Positions 1-7,496 of a stretch of DNA of 43,617 bases are shown one piece after another. The notes beneath the pieces were generated by a model that saw nothing but the letters and a program-made list of their open reading frames with translations, was not told the DNA's origin and ran no database searches. Numbering within the stretch: position 1 is the first letter of the stretch; the number at the start of each line of letters is the position of its first letter. The translations under genes were made by a program, and so were the position numbers. Origin of the DNA: an uncultured Anaerolineae bacterium (GTDB lineage: Bacteria; Chloroflexota; Anaerolineae; Fen-1058); NCBI GenBank assembly GCA_964354595.1, contig CAYHAR010000003.1, positions 1 to 43,617 on the forward strand, given 5' to 3'.

Positions 1-55
1 GCGCGAAGGACGGTCGGCTGCAGCACCGGGTTGAGCCTGCTTACAGACCTTTGGG

Positions 56-176
56 GTAACTACTCAGCCCGCTCGGCTTGGATTGCCAAATCCAAGCCAA
101 ATGCGATGAGGTCTGCTCAATTTTGCTTGCCGAACGGCCGGATTTGTCAATCCGGCGGGAGCGGCTGAGTAGTTAC
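56..176. mobile_element. MITE-like 121-bp non-coding element with terminal inverted repeats and an 8-bp target-site duplication
   Basis: GTAACTACTCAGCCCGCTC (56-74) is the reverse complement of GAGCGGCTGAGTAGTTAC (159-176) apart from one extra C. The perfect direct repeat CCTTTGGG flanks it at 48-55 and 177-184. The interior has two 8-bp-stem hairpins (77-96 and 137-156) and no ORF. Confidence 0.6.
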
Positions 177-712
177 CCTTTGGGAGCAATTATGACTCGC
201 ACCGCTAGTCCGTCCTTGTCTCCGCTCAGATCATTTTCAATTCCGCGCGGGTTAGCGATTCGCCCTTCTGGATCATAGACAAAGCAAACCAGCGTCCTGC
301 AATCAGGGTGCTGTTTATACTTTTGAATATCAACCATCAACTGTTCCCCCAATTCCCTTGCCCCCAAGCCACTCCGAGTCTTTTTTGCCTCGATAACTAT
401 TTGCTCTAACTTGAGAAGGAAATCCATTCGAGAACTTCCGCCCGCATAACTTGGCGTCCACTCTTGGGGCCTAATATCGTCGTGCTCCAAAGTTAGCAAG
501 GCATGCAGCAGATCTTGGACATCGTATTCATCTTCCACATGGAGAGTATCTCTATTGCTGTGTCTTGATCGCAATTGCCTTGCAACGAGGTGAAACCGAG
601 AGCATAGGCGCTCAAGCATCAACATTCGGCGTATGCGTTCGTGTAAGGCGCTTTTTGGTTGAAACGTTTCGCCTGCTATTCTGTAATTTTGACGCTTGCT
701 CATAATAATCAT
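173..712 (-). CDS. PD-(D/E)XK-fold nuclease-like protein (about 179 aa; start uncertain, ATG 712 or 703)
   Basis: The body of track ORF 173..838 shows the E / D / ExK pattern (EDEYDVQDLLHALL ... SRMDFLLKLEQIVIEAKKT). The first 42 codons of the track ORF overlap intron domains V-VI and are rejected. The stop TAA lies inside the MITE inverted repeat. G+C is lower than in the core genes. Confidence 0.5.
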   Translation of the reverse strand: MIIMSKRQNYRIAGETFQPKSALHERIRRMLMLERLCSRFHLVARQLRSRHSNRDTLHVEDEYDVQDLLHALLTLEHDDIRPQEWTPSYAGGSSRMDFLLKLEQIVIEAKKTRSGLGARELGEQLMVDIQKYKQHPDCRTLVCFVYDPEGRIANPRGIENDLSGDKDGLAVRVIIAPKG

Positions 713-740
713 CAATTCTGACTTTAGCGGCCCAACGGTT

Positions 741-1617
741 ATAGTCGGTAGAGGAATCCCTTCCCCCGCCGCTACTTCAGAACCGGACATGAGACTTTCG
801 CACTCATCCGGCTCCTTGCCACACGAGCCTTTTGCCATACAGGCACTCTATTGTGGACGATTGCTCGCCCACAGAGCTTGACACCCGCGCTCTTGGAGTT
901 GGACAGTGTCCGGTCTTCAGTACGCTTGCGCGCCTGCCATAAGACTCAGACTCCGCCTGCTCTGGTGTCCTCTCGTGCAGCAGCCCCACGTCAGCTTATC
1001 CGACGGCTTTCCCGTCGGCCTTTGCTTCTTGGGGTATCCTCCTCCGTCAAGGCATCCGGCCTGGTCGCCTTCTCCTGTCCAGCACCGCGCAGAGACCTCT
1101 CTCCGCTCGTCCGGTCTGCGAGAGAGCACCTGACGGGTTACACCGTTCCGTGTGCCCATTTTCCGTGACCGTAGGACGACACTCTACGCCGCGTCCCTCG
1201 CATCGAGTGGAGACCACGTGCCTTAATACCACGTGGCCGAATGGGGACGTTTCCCGTTTGGGCCTGCCGGTCAGCCGTTCGGCAGGTTATCAGTCACGAC
1301 GCTTACGTGCCTTTGTCGAACATCCTGTCCATAGTCACTTGCTGGGGGCGGTCACCGCATCCGGCTAGCAGTTTATCCCCTTTTCACCCTTGCACACCCA
1401 CGATTGAGAACCAGTCGCACGCAGTAGGGTGACACTTTCACTCCTCCACTTGGAGGATAGGAGTAGGTCATTCAGTTGGTAAGGCTGAATGGCCGCACCT
1501 ATTTGGACACACAGTTGTCAAAGTTCTGGTCAACCTGCCGAATAGGTTGACGCCAACTTTCCCGCTCATCCTCACGTCATCTACATTGCATGACGGTTTC
1601 GAGCGAACGGGTCGCAC
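741..1617 (-). mobile_element. ORF-less group II intron (self-splicing ribozyme RNA); 5' end well supported, 3' end approximate
   Basis: On the minus strand the RNA starts GUGCGAC at 1617. The 7 nt just upstream, CCUUAAU (1624-1618), are perfectly complementary to AUUAAGG in the loop of hairpin CCACGUG-GUAUUAAGG-CACGUGG (about 1214-1236), giving an IBS1-EBS1 pair. Canonical domain V is at 814-780. A domain VI-like hairpin at 771-746 has an unpaired A at 749, about 8 nt before a possible AU 3' end at 741. Many GNRA-capped hairpins occur only on this strand (GAAA, GCAA, GGGA). No ORF longer than 105 aa exists in any frame across about 900 nt. Confidence 0.7.
780..814 (-). other. Group II intron domain V (catalytic hairpin)
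   Basis: The sequence is GAGCCGGAUGAGUGCGAAAGUCUCAUGUCCGGUUC. The lower helix GAGCCGG/CCGGUUC contains the AGC triad and a G.U pair. A 2-nt 3' bulge (GU), the upper helix AUGAG/CUCAU and a GAAA tetraloop follow. This matches the consensus GAGCCGUAU...GAAA...AUACGGUUC. Confidence 0.8.
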
Positions 1618-1786
1618 ATTAAGGATTCGTGCGGCGCGGTGATAGCGTACCCGCCCGCGTCGCAACGCGCGACACGTCAGCTTGTGCACGCGGATAAAGC
1701 GGGCGTCGCGGTAGGACGGCCACGCGAAGCGGCCGCCCTCTCCCCGCCCAAGGCCCTGGCAATCTTTACCTTAACATGATGACTTG

Positions 1787-2140
1787 CTACATGCCCCTAT
1801 CGCGCAATGCTTGCTCCACCCCTCGCCTGATTTTTGCTTCTTCAGGATCTTTTGCCAGTGCACCAACCATTGCAATTCCTATCAGAGCAGCAAGCCCCAA
1901 TGCTGAGGAGAAATCGCCTCCCCCTTGTGCAGGCGCAGAGTTGGGCGAAATTGTCCTCATGACATTGGCTTTATGCACCCAGCCTCTCACTCCACTTGGT
2001 AGTTGAACTATGAAATGCTGTTCCCTCTCCTCAACCACTGGAAATTTATCTTCATCCTTAAATGTGTACACGGTTTCCCATTTACCATCAGGCAGGGGAA
2101 CTGCAACATTGACCTTCACAGTTCCATAGTGTTTGCGCAT
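1787..2140 (-). CDS. Hypothetical 117-aa protein: N-terminal SH3b-like segment, glycine-rich TM helix and charged tail
   Basis: Intact ORF in a lower-GC patch. It has the segment FIVQLPSGVRGWVHKANV, then GGGDFSSALGLAALIGIAMVGALA (glycine-zipper-like TM). It starts exactly where the methyltransferase reading frame loses similarity. Confidence 0.4.
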   Translation of the reverse strand: MRKHYGTVKVNVAVPLPDGKWETVYTFKDEDKFPVVEEREQHFIVQLPSGVRGWVHKANVMRTISPNSAPAQGGGDFSSALGLAALIGIAMVGALAKDPEEAKIRRGVEQALRDRGM

Positions 2141-3329
2141 TGAGCGCCTGATAGTTTTCGCTGTGCACTAGCCAGCCATCGAGAGCGGCGTCCAAATCGT
2201 CGAACAATGCCAGAATGTCCAGTTCCAAATCGGGCAAGTGGCGCGTGTCGAGCGGCAGGAATTGGTATTGTGCATGGACGGGCGCGCCGAGCAGGTCTTT
2301 TTCCAAGATTTTTCCCAACAGACCTTTAGGGTCTTTCGCCTTGTCGTCCACCATGCCCAAGTCCTGCCATTCCTGCACCTGGGCCTTGATGCCTTTGTGG
2401 GCAAAAATCTTTTTGAGCAGTTTGGGGTCTGTGATTTTGTCCAGCGTAATCACGTAATGGCTGTTGAGCACGAACTTGGGCTTGTTCCACACGCGCACCA
2501 ACTCATCTTCAAACTGGGCGATAAAGTCAATAATTTTGTAGGCAATGTCTTTGATGGCTTGCAATTGCTTCAAGCGCGCTTCGGTGAAATTGCTCTCGCC
2601 GCCAAAGACATATTGATACAACCACAGGTCAAACTGCTCTTTCAAAAAGGCTTGCGCGTTCTTGTTGATAAAGTAATCCACTTCGGATTGCTTTTCAAAG
2701 ACGCGGCAGGCGCGCTCTAATGTTTCTTCGTCCAGCGCGATGCCCGCTGTCGCGTCTTTCAGGGCGCGCCGGATGTCGTCGCTCTTGGTCTTGCGCCCCT
2801 TTTCAGAGTAGGCAACGGTCAAAATCACCTTGCCGCCTTTATACCCCTTGAACGTATAGGTCAACTCTCGCTTTTCATTGGCGCGCTTGTGCTCCAACTC
2901 TGCAACGTCAAAATAAAAGAGCGTGCCGTCCACCTCCACGTCCATGCTGTTGAACAGGCGGTCGGTCTTGACATAGTACAGCATGTGCGTCTTCCAGAAC
3001 AACATCACGTCGCGGTCATCGGTATAGACGCGCTCGTAAATGTTCTGGTGCAGGGCGGTGTGGCGAAAGTAAATCGAGCCGCTCTCGCTGAAATAGCGTT
3101 TGAAAAAGTCGTACAGTTTATCAAACAGCTCTTCGCGGAAAGATTTCTCGAACGGCTTGCAGGCCGCGTCAATGTCTTGCATCAACTGCGGAAAGACGCC
3201 CTGCTCGAAATAGCGGGCCTTGATTTTCATCAGGTTGATGTAACCTGAATCGCCCTCCACCTTTGCGCCGATGAAAATATCTTGCAGCGCGTCGAGGAAT
3301 TGCTGTTCGTAACGGTTGGTTTGCGGCAT
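2088..3329 (-). pseudogene. N-terminal fragment of a type III/IIG-style N6-adenine DNA methyltransferase, truncated near 2140
   Basis: The 413-aa ORF carries the N-terminal region typical of Mod/IIG-like methylases (DYFINKNAQAFLKEQFDLWLYQYVF). It ends at WLVHSENYQALN, the (G)DNxxxL segment that normally precedes the catalytic domain. After about 2140 it runs into unrelated sequence (AQTLWNCEGQCCSSPA, then stop). No DPPY/NPPY domain follows. Confidence 0.55.
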
Positions 3330-3404
3330 GGCGGCTCCTCAGACCAGTCAGGTCTCCAAGATTCAGGGTTAGAGCGGCAATAGGATTGTATGCCACGTGG
3401 GGAG

Positions 3405-3602
3405 AAATGTCAAAAGGCGCGGGCTGAAGGTGGTTTGCGTCATGGCGGCTGCCTGTGGTGATCCTCACCTCATCCAAAGAGGAGCAAGACGTGGCGCAGA
3501 GCTATGACGTGCGCCAACAGCTATATTCGCAAGCCGGTTGACTTACAATTTGTGCTACAATTAGGCCTGTACTGGCTGGTTTTGATCGTACCGATGAATT
3601 GA
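3405..3602 (+). pseudogene. Remnant of a response-regulator receiver domain (C-terminal half, two frameshifts)
   Basis: Three frame segments read KARAEGGLRH / LPVVILTSSKEEQDVAQSYD / ANSYIRKPVDLQFVLQLGLYWLVLIVPMN, then stop. This matches the receiver motif ...hPVvvLTs...d...a..lGAnsYi.KPv....l...l..YW. The N-terminal half with the phospho-acceptor Asp is absent. Confidence 0.45.
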
Positions 3603-3750
3603 CCCTGCGCGGTTACGAGATCACTCGACAAGCGATTGCGCACTGGAGGCCTGAGCATCTGCTCCGGCGGCAGGTGCGGTCGGGCGAGAAACTTGAGTCG
3701 AAGGGATACGCCGCGCCAGCCATGGAGAGCCATTGAGAAACGAGGAATCT

Positions 3751-5010
3751 ATGCCCGCACAGAATAGACGCGTCGTCGTTACCGGCATGGGAGTGATCTC
3801 GCCGCTCGGGCTGGACGTTCCCACCCTGTGGGAAAACCTGATCGCGGGCCGCTCTGGCATCCGGCCAATTACGTCGTTTGATACCATTGACTTTGACGTG
3901 CGCATCGCAGGTGAGGTTCACGGCTTTGACCCGAACCGGTACATGTCTCCAAAAGAGGCCCGCCGGATTGACCGCTTTACCCAATTCGCTATAGCAGCCC
4001 TGGAAGAGACTCGCATGCAGAGCAAACTGGTTGTCCAGGAACATGACCCTTACGAGATCGGCGCAGTCGTCGGGTCGGGAGCCGGGGGCATCTGTACGTA
4101 TGGCGTCGGGTTCAATACTTTGCGCGAGAAAGGCCCGCGCCATTTGAGTCCCTTTCACGTGCCCGCCGTCAGTTCAGATGCGGCCGCGGTGCAAGTCGCA
4201 TTATGCACCGGCGCGCGTGGGCCAAACCATGGCGTGGCTTCAGCTTGTGCTACTGGCGCCGATGCGATTGGCGAAGCCTACGAGACGATTCTGCGCGGCC
4301 ACGCCAAGGCCATGTTCACTGGTGGCTTTGAGGCGGCGATCCAGCCGATTTGCATCGCCGCCATCACCTGCACTGGCGCGCTCTCGCGCCGCAACGACTC
4401 CCCAACATCCGCCTGCCGTCCCTTCGACGCTGATCGCGATGGATTCGTCGCCGCAGAAGGCGGGGCACTCTTGCTGCTGGAAGACCTGGAATTTGCCCTG
4501 GCGCGCGGCGCGCAGCCGCTGGTTGAGCTGGTGGGCTACGCCGCCACTTCTGACGCCATTCACCTCACTGCGCCCGACCCCGAGGGAGCCGGCGCGGCCT
4601 ATTGCATGGGCCTGGCGATGCAACGCGCTGGCATTGCGCCGCAACAAGTGTCTTACATCAACGCTCACGGCACGGCGACCCGGGCTGGCGATCCGGCCGA
4701 AACCCGGGCCATCAAGCGTGCCCTGGGCGAGTATGCCTATCGCGTGCCGGTCAGTTCGACCAAGTCAATGACAGGACACCTGATGAGTGGCGCTGGCGCG
4801 TTGGAAGCAGTGATTTGCATCCAGACTCTTCTGACTGGGGTGGTTCCGCCGACTATCAACCTGGAAACACCTGATCCCGACTGTGACCTGGACTATGTAC
4901 CCAACAAAGCTCGTTCGGCTGAACTGAACGTTGTCCTGTCCAACTCAATGGGGTTTGGTGGACACAATGCCACGTTAGTGTTCCAAGCTTTTCCAGCCCA
5001 AAATGCATAG
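3751..5010 (+). CDS. fabF: Beta-ketoacyl-ACP synthase II (KAS II, FabF-type)
   Basis: RRVVVTGMGVISPLG N-terminus. The Cys-His-His triad contexts are present: ASACATG, NAHGTAT, STKSMTGHLMSGAG. The ATG at 3751 follows GAGGAA; the track ORF starts at an upstream TTG at 3733. Confidence 0.9.
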   Translation: MPAQNRRVVVTGMGVISPLGLDVPTLWENLIAGRSGIRPITSFDTIDFDVRIAGEVHGFDPNRYMSPKEARRIDRFTQFAIAALEETRMQSKLVVQEHDPYEIGAVVGSGAGGICTYGVGFNTLREKGPRHLSPFHVPAVSSDAAAVQVALCTGARGPNHGVASACATGADAIGEAYETILRGHAKAMFTGGFEAAIQPICIAAITCTGALSRRNDSPTSACRPFDADRDGFVAAEGGALLLLEDLEFALARGAQPLVELVGYAATSDAIHLTAPDPEGAGAAYCMGLAMQRAGIAPQQVSYINAHGTATRAGDPAETRAIKRALGEYAYRVPVSSTKSMTGHLMSGAGALEAVICIQTLLTGVVPPTINLETPDPDCDLDYVPNKARSAELNVVLSNSMGFGGHNATLVFQAFPAQNA

Positions 5011-5019
5011 GAGAAAGAC

Positions 5020-6249
5020 ATGCCTCTCGACAAACGCAACCTGTACCGGTTCCCGTGGTCTATGAACGATAACCCCATCGCCTGGCTCGAAATCACCGAC
5101 ATCTGCAACATCCACTGCGAGGGATGCTATCGCCAACATGTCACCGGCCACAAGCCGCTCGAGCAGGTCAAGGACGAAATCCTCTTTTTCAAACGATGGC
5201 GCAACCCCGATAACGTCTCCATCGCGGGCGGCGAGCCGTTGATTCACCCGCAGATTGTAGACATTGTGGCCTTTATCGCGCAGAACGGCATCAAGCCCAT
5301 CATCCTGACGAACGCGATGACGCTCAAGCCCGACCTCTTGCAAGAGTTGAGAAAGGCTGGGCTGGCCGGCTTTACGATCCACGTTGACAGCCGTCAGAAC
5401 CGGCCCCACTGGAAGGACAAGACCGAGCGCGAGCTGAACGAGCTGCGCCAGCAGTGCGCCGACATGATCGCAGCCGAAGGCGGCATGTACGTCATCTTCA
5501 ATTCCACCGTTTACCCTTCCACCTTTCACGAGGTTCCCAATGTGGTGCAGTGGGGGCAGGCCAACATTGATAAGGTGCACGGCCTGGTCTTTATCACCTA
5601 CCGCACGGCGACGACCGACGTCAACATCGCGCGCGACTCGGCCGACCGGGAAGTAGATTTCGGCCAGCTCAGCTATGTCCGGGAGAGTTTCGACGAAGAG
5701 TTTGTCACCGCGCCCGAGGTGTATCAAATCATCAAGGACAACTGTCCCGAGTATCAACCTTCCGGCTACCTGGGTGGGAGTATCCGGCACGACTCTTACA
5801 AATGGCTGGCCGGGGCGTGCATCGGCTCCAAGAGAAGGGTGTATGGCTCGGTCGGTAAAAAGACCATGGAGTTGGCCCAGGCGGGGCATCACGTCTTGAA
5901 GGGCACTTATCTGGCTTACCTGTCTACGGCCAGCGTCGGACGCAAAGTATTCCTGCTTTGTCCGTGGGATGACACCTTGCGCGGGGCCGCGCGCAACTGG
6001 CTGAAAGACGTCGTGCAGCATCCAGTGCGGTGGTTTGATGGCCTCTATATTCAAAGCATCGCCATCATCCAGGCCCCGGACCTCTTGCCGGATGGCCGCG
6101 CCGATATGTGCGACAGTTGTCCCGACATGACGGTCTATGACGGCAGGTTGATCAACTCGTGTCGCATGGACGAGTATCGGTTGTTCGGCGGGTTCCTGTC
6201 TGTGGTGGCCCGCTCACCTCATCCAACTGATCATCAACTCCTCACTTGA
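5020..6249 (+). CDS. Radical SAM enzyme of unassigned subfamily, with a C-terminal Cys-rich tail
   Basis: CNIHCEGCY gives the CxxxCxxC motif, followed by IAGGEPLIHP. The C-terminus carries CDSCPD...NSC. A GGAGAAAG RBS sits 2 nt upstream of the ATG, and only 9 nt separate it from fabF. Confidence 0.85.
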   Translation: MPLDKRNLYRFPWSMNDNPIAWLEITDICNIHCEGCYRQHVTGHKPLEQVKDEILFFKRWRNPDNVSIAGGEPLIHPQIVDIVAFIAQNGIKPIILTNAMTLKPDLLQELRKAGLAGFTIHVDSRQNRPHWKDKTERELNELRQQCADMIAAEGGMYVIFNSTVYPSTFHEVPNVVQWGQANIDKVHGLVFITYRTATTDVNIARDSADREVDFGQLSYVRESFDEEFVTAPEVYQIIKDNCPEYQPSGYLGGSIRHDSYKWLAGACIGSKRRVYGSVGKKTMELAQAGHHVLKGTYLAYLSTASVGRKVFLLCPWDDTLRGAARNWLKDVVQHPVRWFDGLYIQSIAIIQAPDLLPDGRADMCDSCPDMTVYDGRLINSCRMDEYRLFGGFLSVVARSPHPTDHQLLT

Positions 6250-6308
6250 CCAATCCTTCAAGCCCGGCTACAATGGCCGCGTTAAACTCTCCACGAAAGG
6301 AAGCCACC

Positions 6309-7496
6309 ATGGACTTGTTCGACAAGTGCCGCAACTTTACCATCGCCCGGGAAGCAATAGCCGCCGGGATCTATCCGTATTTTACTACGCTCGACGATAA
6401 CAGCGAAGGCACCGAGGTCGTTATCCGCGGGCGCAAAGTCATCATGATCGGCTCCAACAACTACCTGGGACTGACGACCGACCCGCGCGTGCGCCAGGCG
6501 GCGATTGACGCCACCCAAAAGTATGGCACGAGTTGCACGGGCAGCCGCTTTCTCAACGGCACGCTCGAGCTGCACGTTGAAGCCGAGCGGCGACTGGCCA
6601 AGTTCGTCGGCAAGGAAGCTGCGCTGGTATTCTCGACCGGCATGCAAACCAACCTGGGCACGATCAGCGCACTGGTGGACAAGGGCGACGTGGTCATCAT
6701 TGACAAAGAGGACCACGCCAGCATCGTGGATGGCTGCCGGCTGGCCCTGGGCACAATGAAGCGCTTTATCCACAACGATATGGCCTCACTGGAAAAAGTG
6801 CTGCAATCTTGCCCGGATAGCGTAGGCAAGCTCGTCGTGGTGGATGGCATCTTTTCGATGGGCGGTGACATTGCGCCACTCCCCGAAATCGCCCAGCTGT
6901 GCAAAAAATATGGTGCACACTTGATGGTGGACGACGCTCATTCCCTCGGCGTATTGGGCGACCACGGGCGCGGCACGGCGAATCACTTTGGCCTGACCGA
7001 CCAGGTGGACCTCATCATGGGCACGTTTAGTAAGTCGTTCGCGTCGCTGGGCGGGTTCATCGCGGGAGACGACGTGGTCATGCACTATGTCCAGCATCAC
7101 GCGCGCAGTTTCATGTTCAGCGCCTCGATACCGGCGGCGAACGTGGCTGCTGCCCTGGCTGCGCTGGACATCATGGAGCACGAGCCGGAGCGCATCGAGC
7201 GGCTGTGGCACAACACCCGCAAGATGGCAGCCGGATTCAAGGCATTGGGCTTTAATATCGGCGAGAGCACGACGCCAGTCATTCCGATCTATATCGGCGA
7301 AGACATGAAGGCCGTCTTTGCGTGGAATGCGCTCTTCCAGGCGGGCGTGTACACCAACACGGTCCTCCCGCCGGCCGTCCCGCCCAACAAGTCGCTGCTG
7401 CGCACCAGCTACATGGCGACGCACACCGACGAGCAACTGGATCGCGTGCTCGAGATCTTTAGAAAGGTCGGCAAGGAATTGGGGCTGATCGGGTGA
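6309..7496 (+). CDS. PLP-dependent alpha-oxoamine synthase, serine palmitoyltransferase-like
   Basis: SNNYLGL, FSTGMQTNLGTISAL, DKEDHASIVDGC and GTFSKSFASLGGF (PLP-lysine) follow the bacterial Spt pattern (FSTGyxaNLG, DxxsHASIxDGC, GTFSKS) more closely than the KBL/BioF pattern (GTLGKA / GTFGKG). The ATG at 6309 has an AAGGAAG RBS; the track ORF begins at TTG 6246. Confidence 0.8.
   Translation: MDLFDKCRNFTIAREAIAAGIYPYFTTLDDNSEGTEVVIRGRKVIMIGSNNYLGLTTDPRVRQAAIDATQKYGTSCTGSRFLNGTLELHVEAERRLAKFVGKEAALVFSTGMQTNLGTISALVDKGDVVIIDKEDHASIVDGCRLALGTMKRFIHNDMASLEKVLQSCPDSVGKLVVVDGIFSMGGDIAPLPEIAQLCKKYGAHLMVDDAHSLGVLGDHGRGTANHFGLTDQVDLIMGTFSKSFASLGGFIAGDDVVMHYVQHHARSFMFSASIPAANVAAALAALDIMEHEPERIERLWHNTRKMAAGFKALGFNIGESTTPVIPIYIGEDMKAVFAWNALFQAGVYTNTVLPPAVPPNKSLLRTSYMATHTDEQLDRVLEIFRKVGKELGLIG

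Noticed and set aside
713-838. N-terminal 42 codons of track ORF 173..838 (MAKGSCGKEPDECESLMSGSEVAAG...)
   Set aside because: These codons are the translation of group II intron domains V and VI; EPDECESLMSGS is the domain V hairpin. The composition is not protein-like, and the real CDS most likely starts at ATG 712 or 703.
980-1685. 11-nt direct repeat AAGCTGACGTG (near 1672-1682 and 983-993, minus-strand sense) as a target-site duplication of a ~690-bp element
   Set aside because: One copy lies upstream of the intron 5' splice site and the other deep inside the intron. No inverted repeats accompany them, and one 11-mer match in about 900 nt has roughly a 10 percent chance expectation.
840-1780. 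Structured ORF-free region as RNase P RNA, tmRNA, SRP RNA, an rRNA fragment or a riboswitch
   Set aside because: None of the signature motifs is present on either strand (GGAAAGUCCGG / ACAGAACCCGGCUUA for RNase P, a tRNA-like 3' end with GGUUCGA...CCA for tmRNA, or the SRP GGAA/AGCA motif). The group II intron hallmarks explain the region instead.
3538-3570. TTGACT ... TACAAT ... TACAAT as the promoter of the fabF-like operon
   Set aside because: The spacing between TTGACT and the nearest TACAAT is 0 or 12 nt, not 16-18. The sequence is better explained as the coding remnant KPVDLQFVLQL of the response-regulator pseudogene.
5020-7496. Radical SAM plus alpha-oxoamine synthase as BioB plus BioF (biotin synthesis)
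   Set aside because: The radical SAM protein lacks BioB motifs (CPEDCxYC, YNHNLDTS) and has the wrong size. The synthase has GTFSKS and FSTG..NLG like Spt, not the BioF-type GTFGKG. No bioA or bioD is present.
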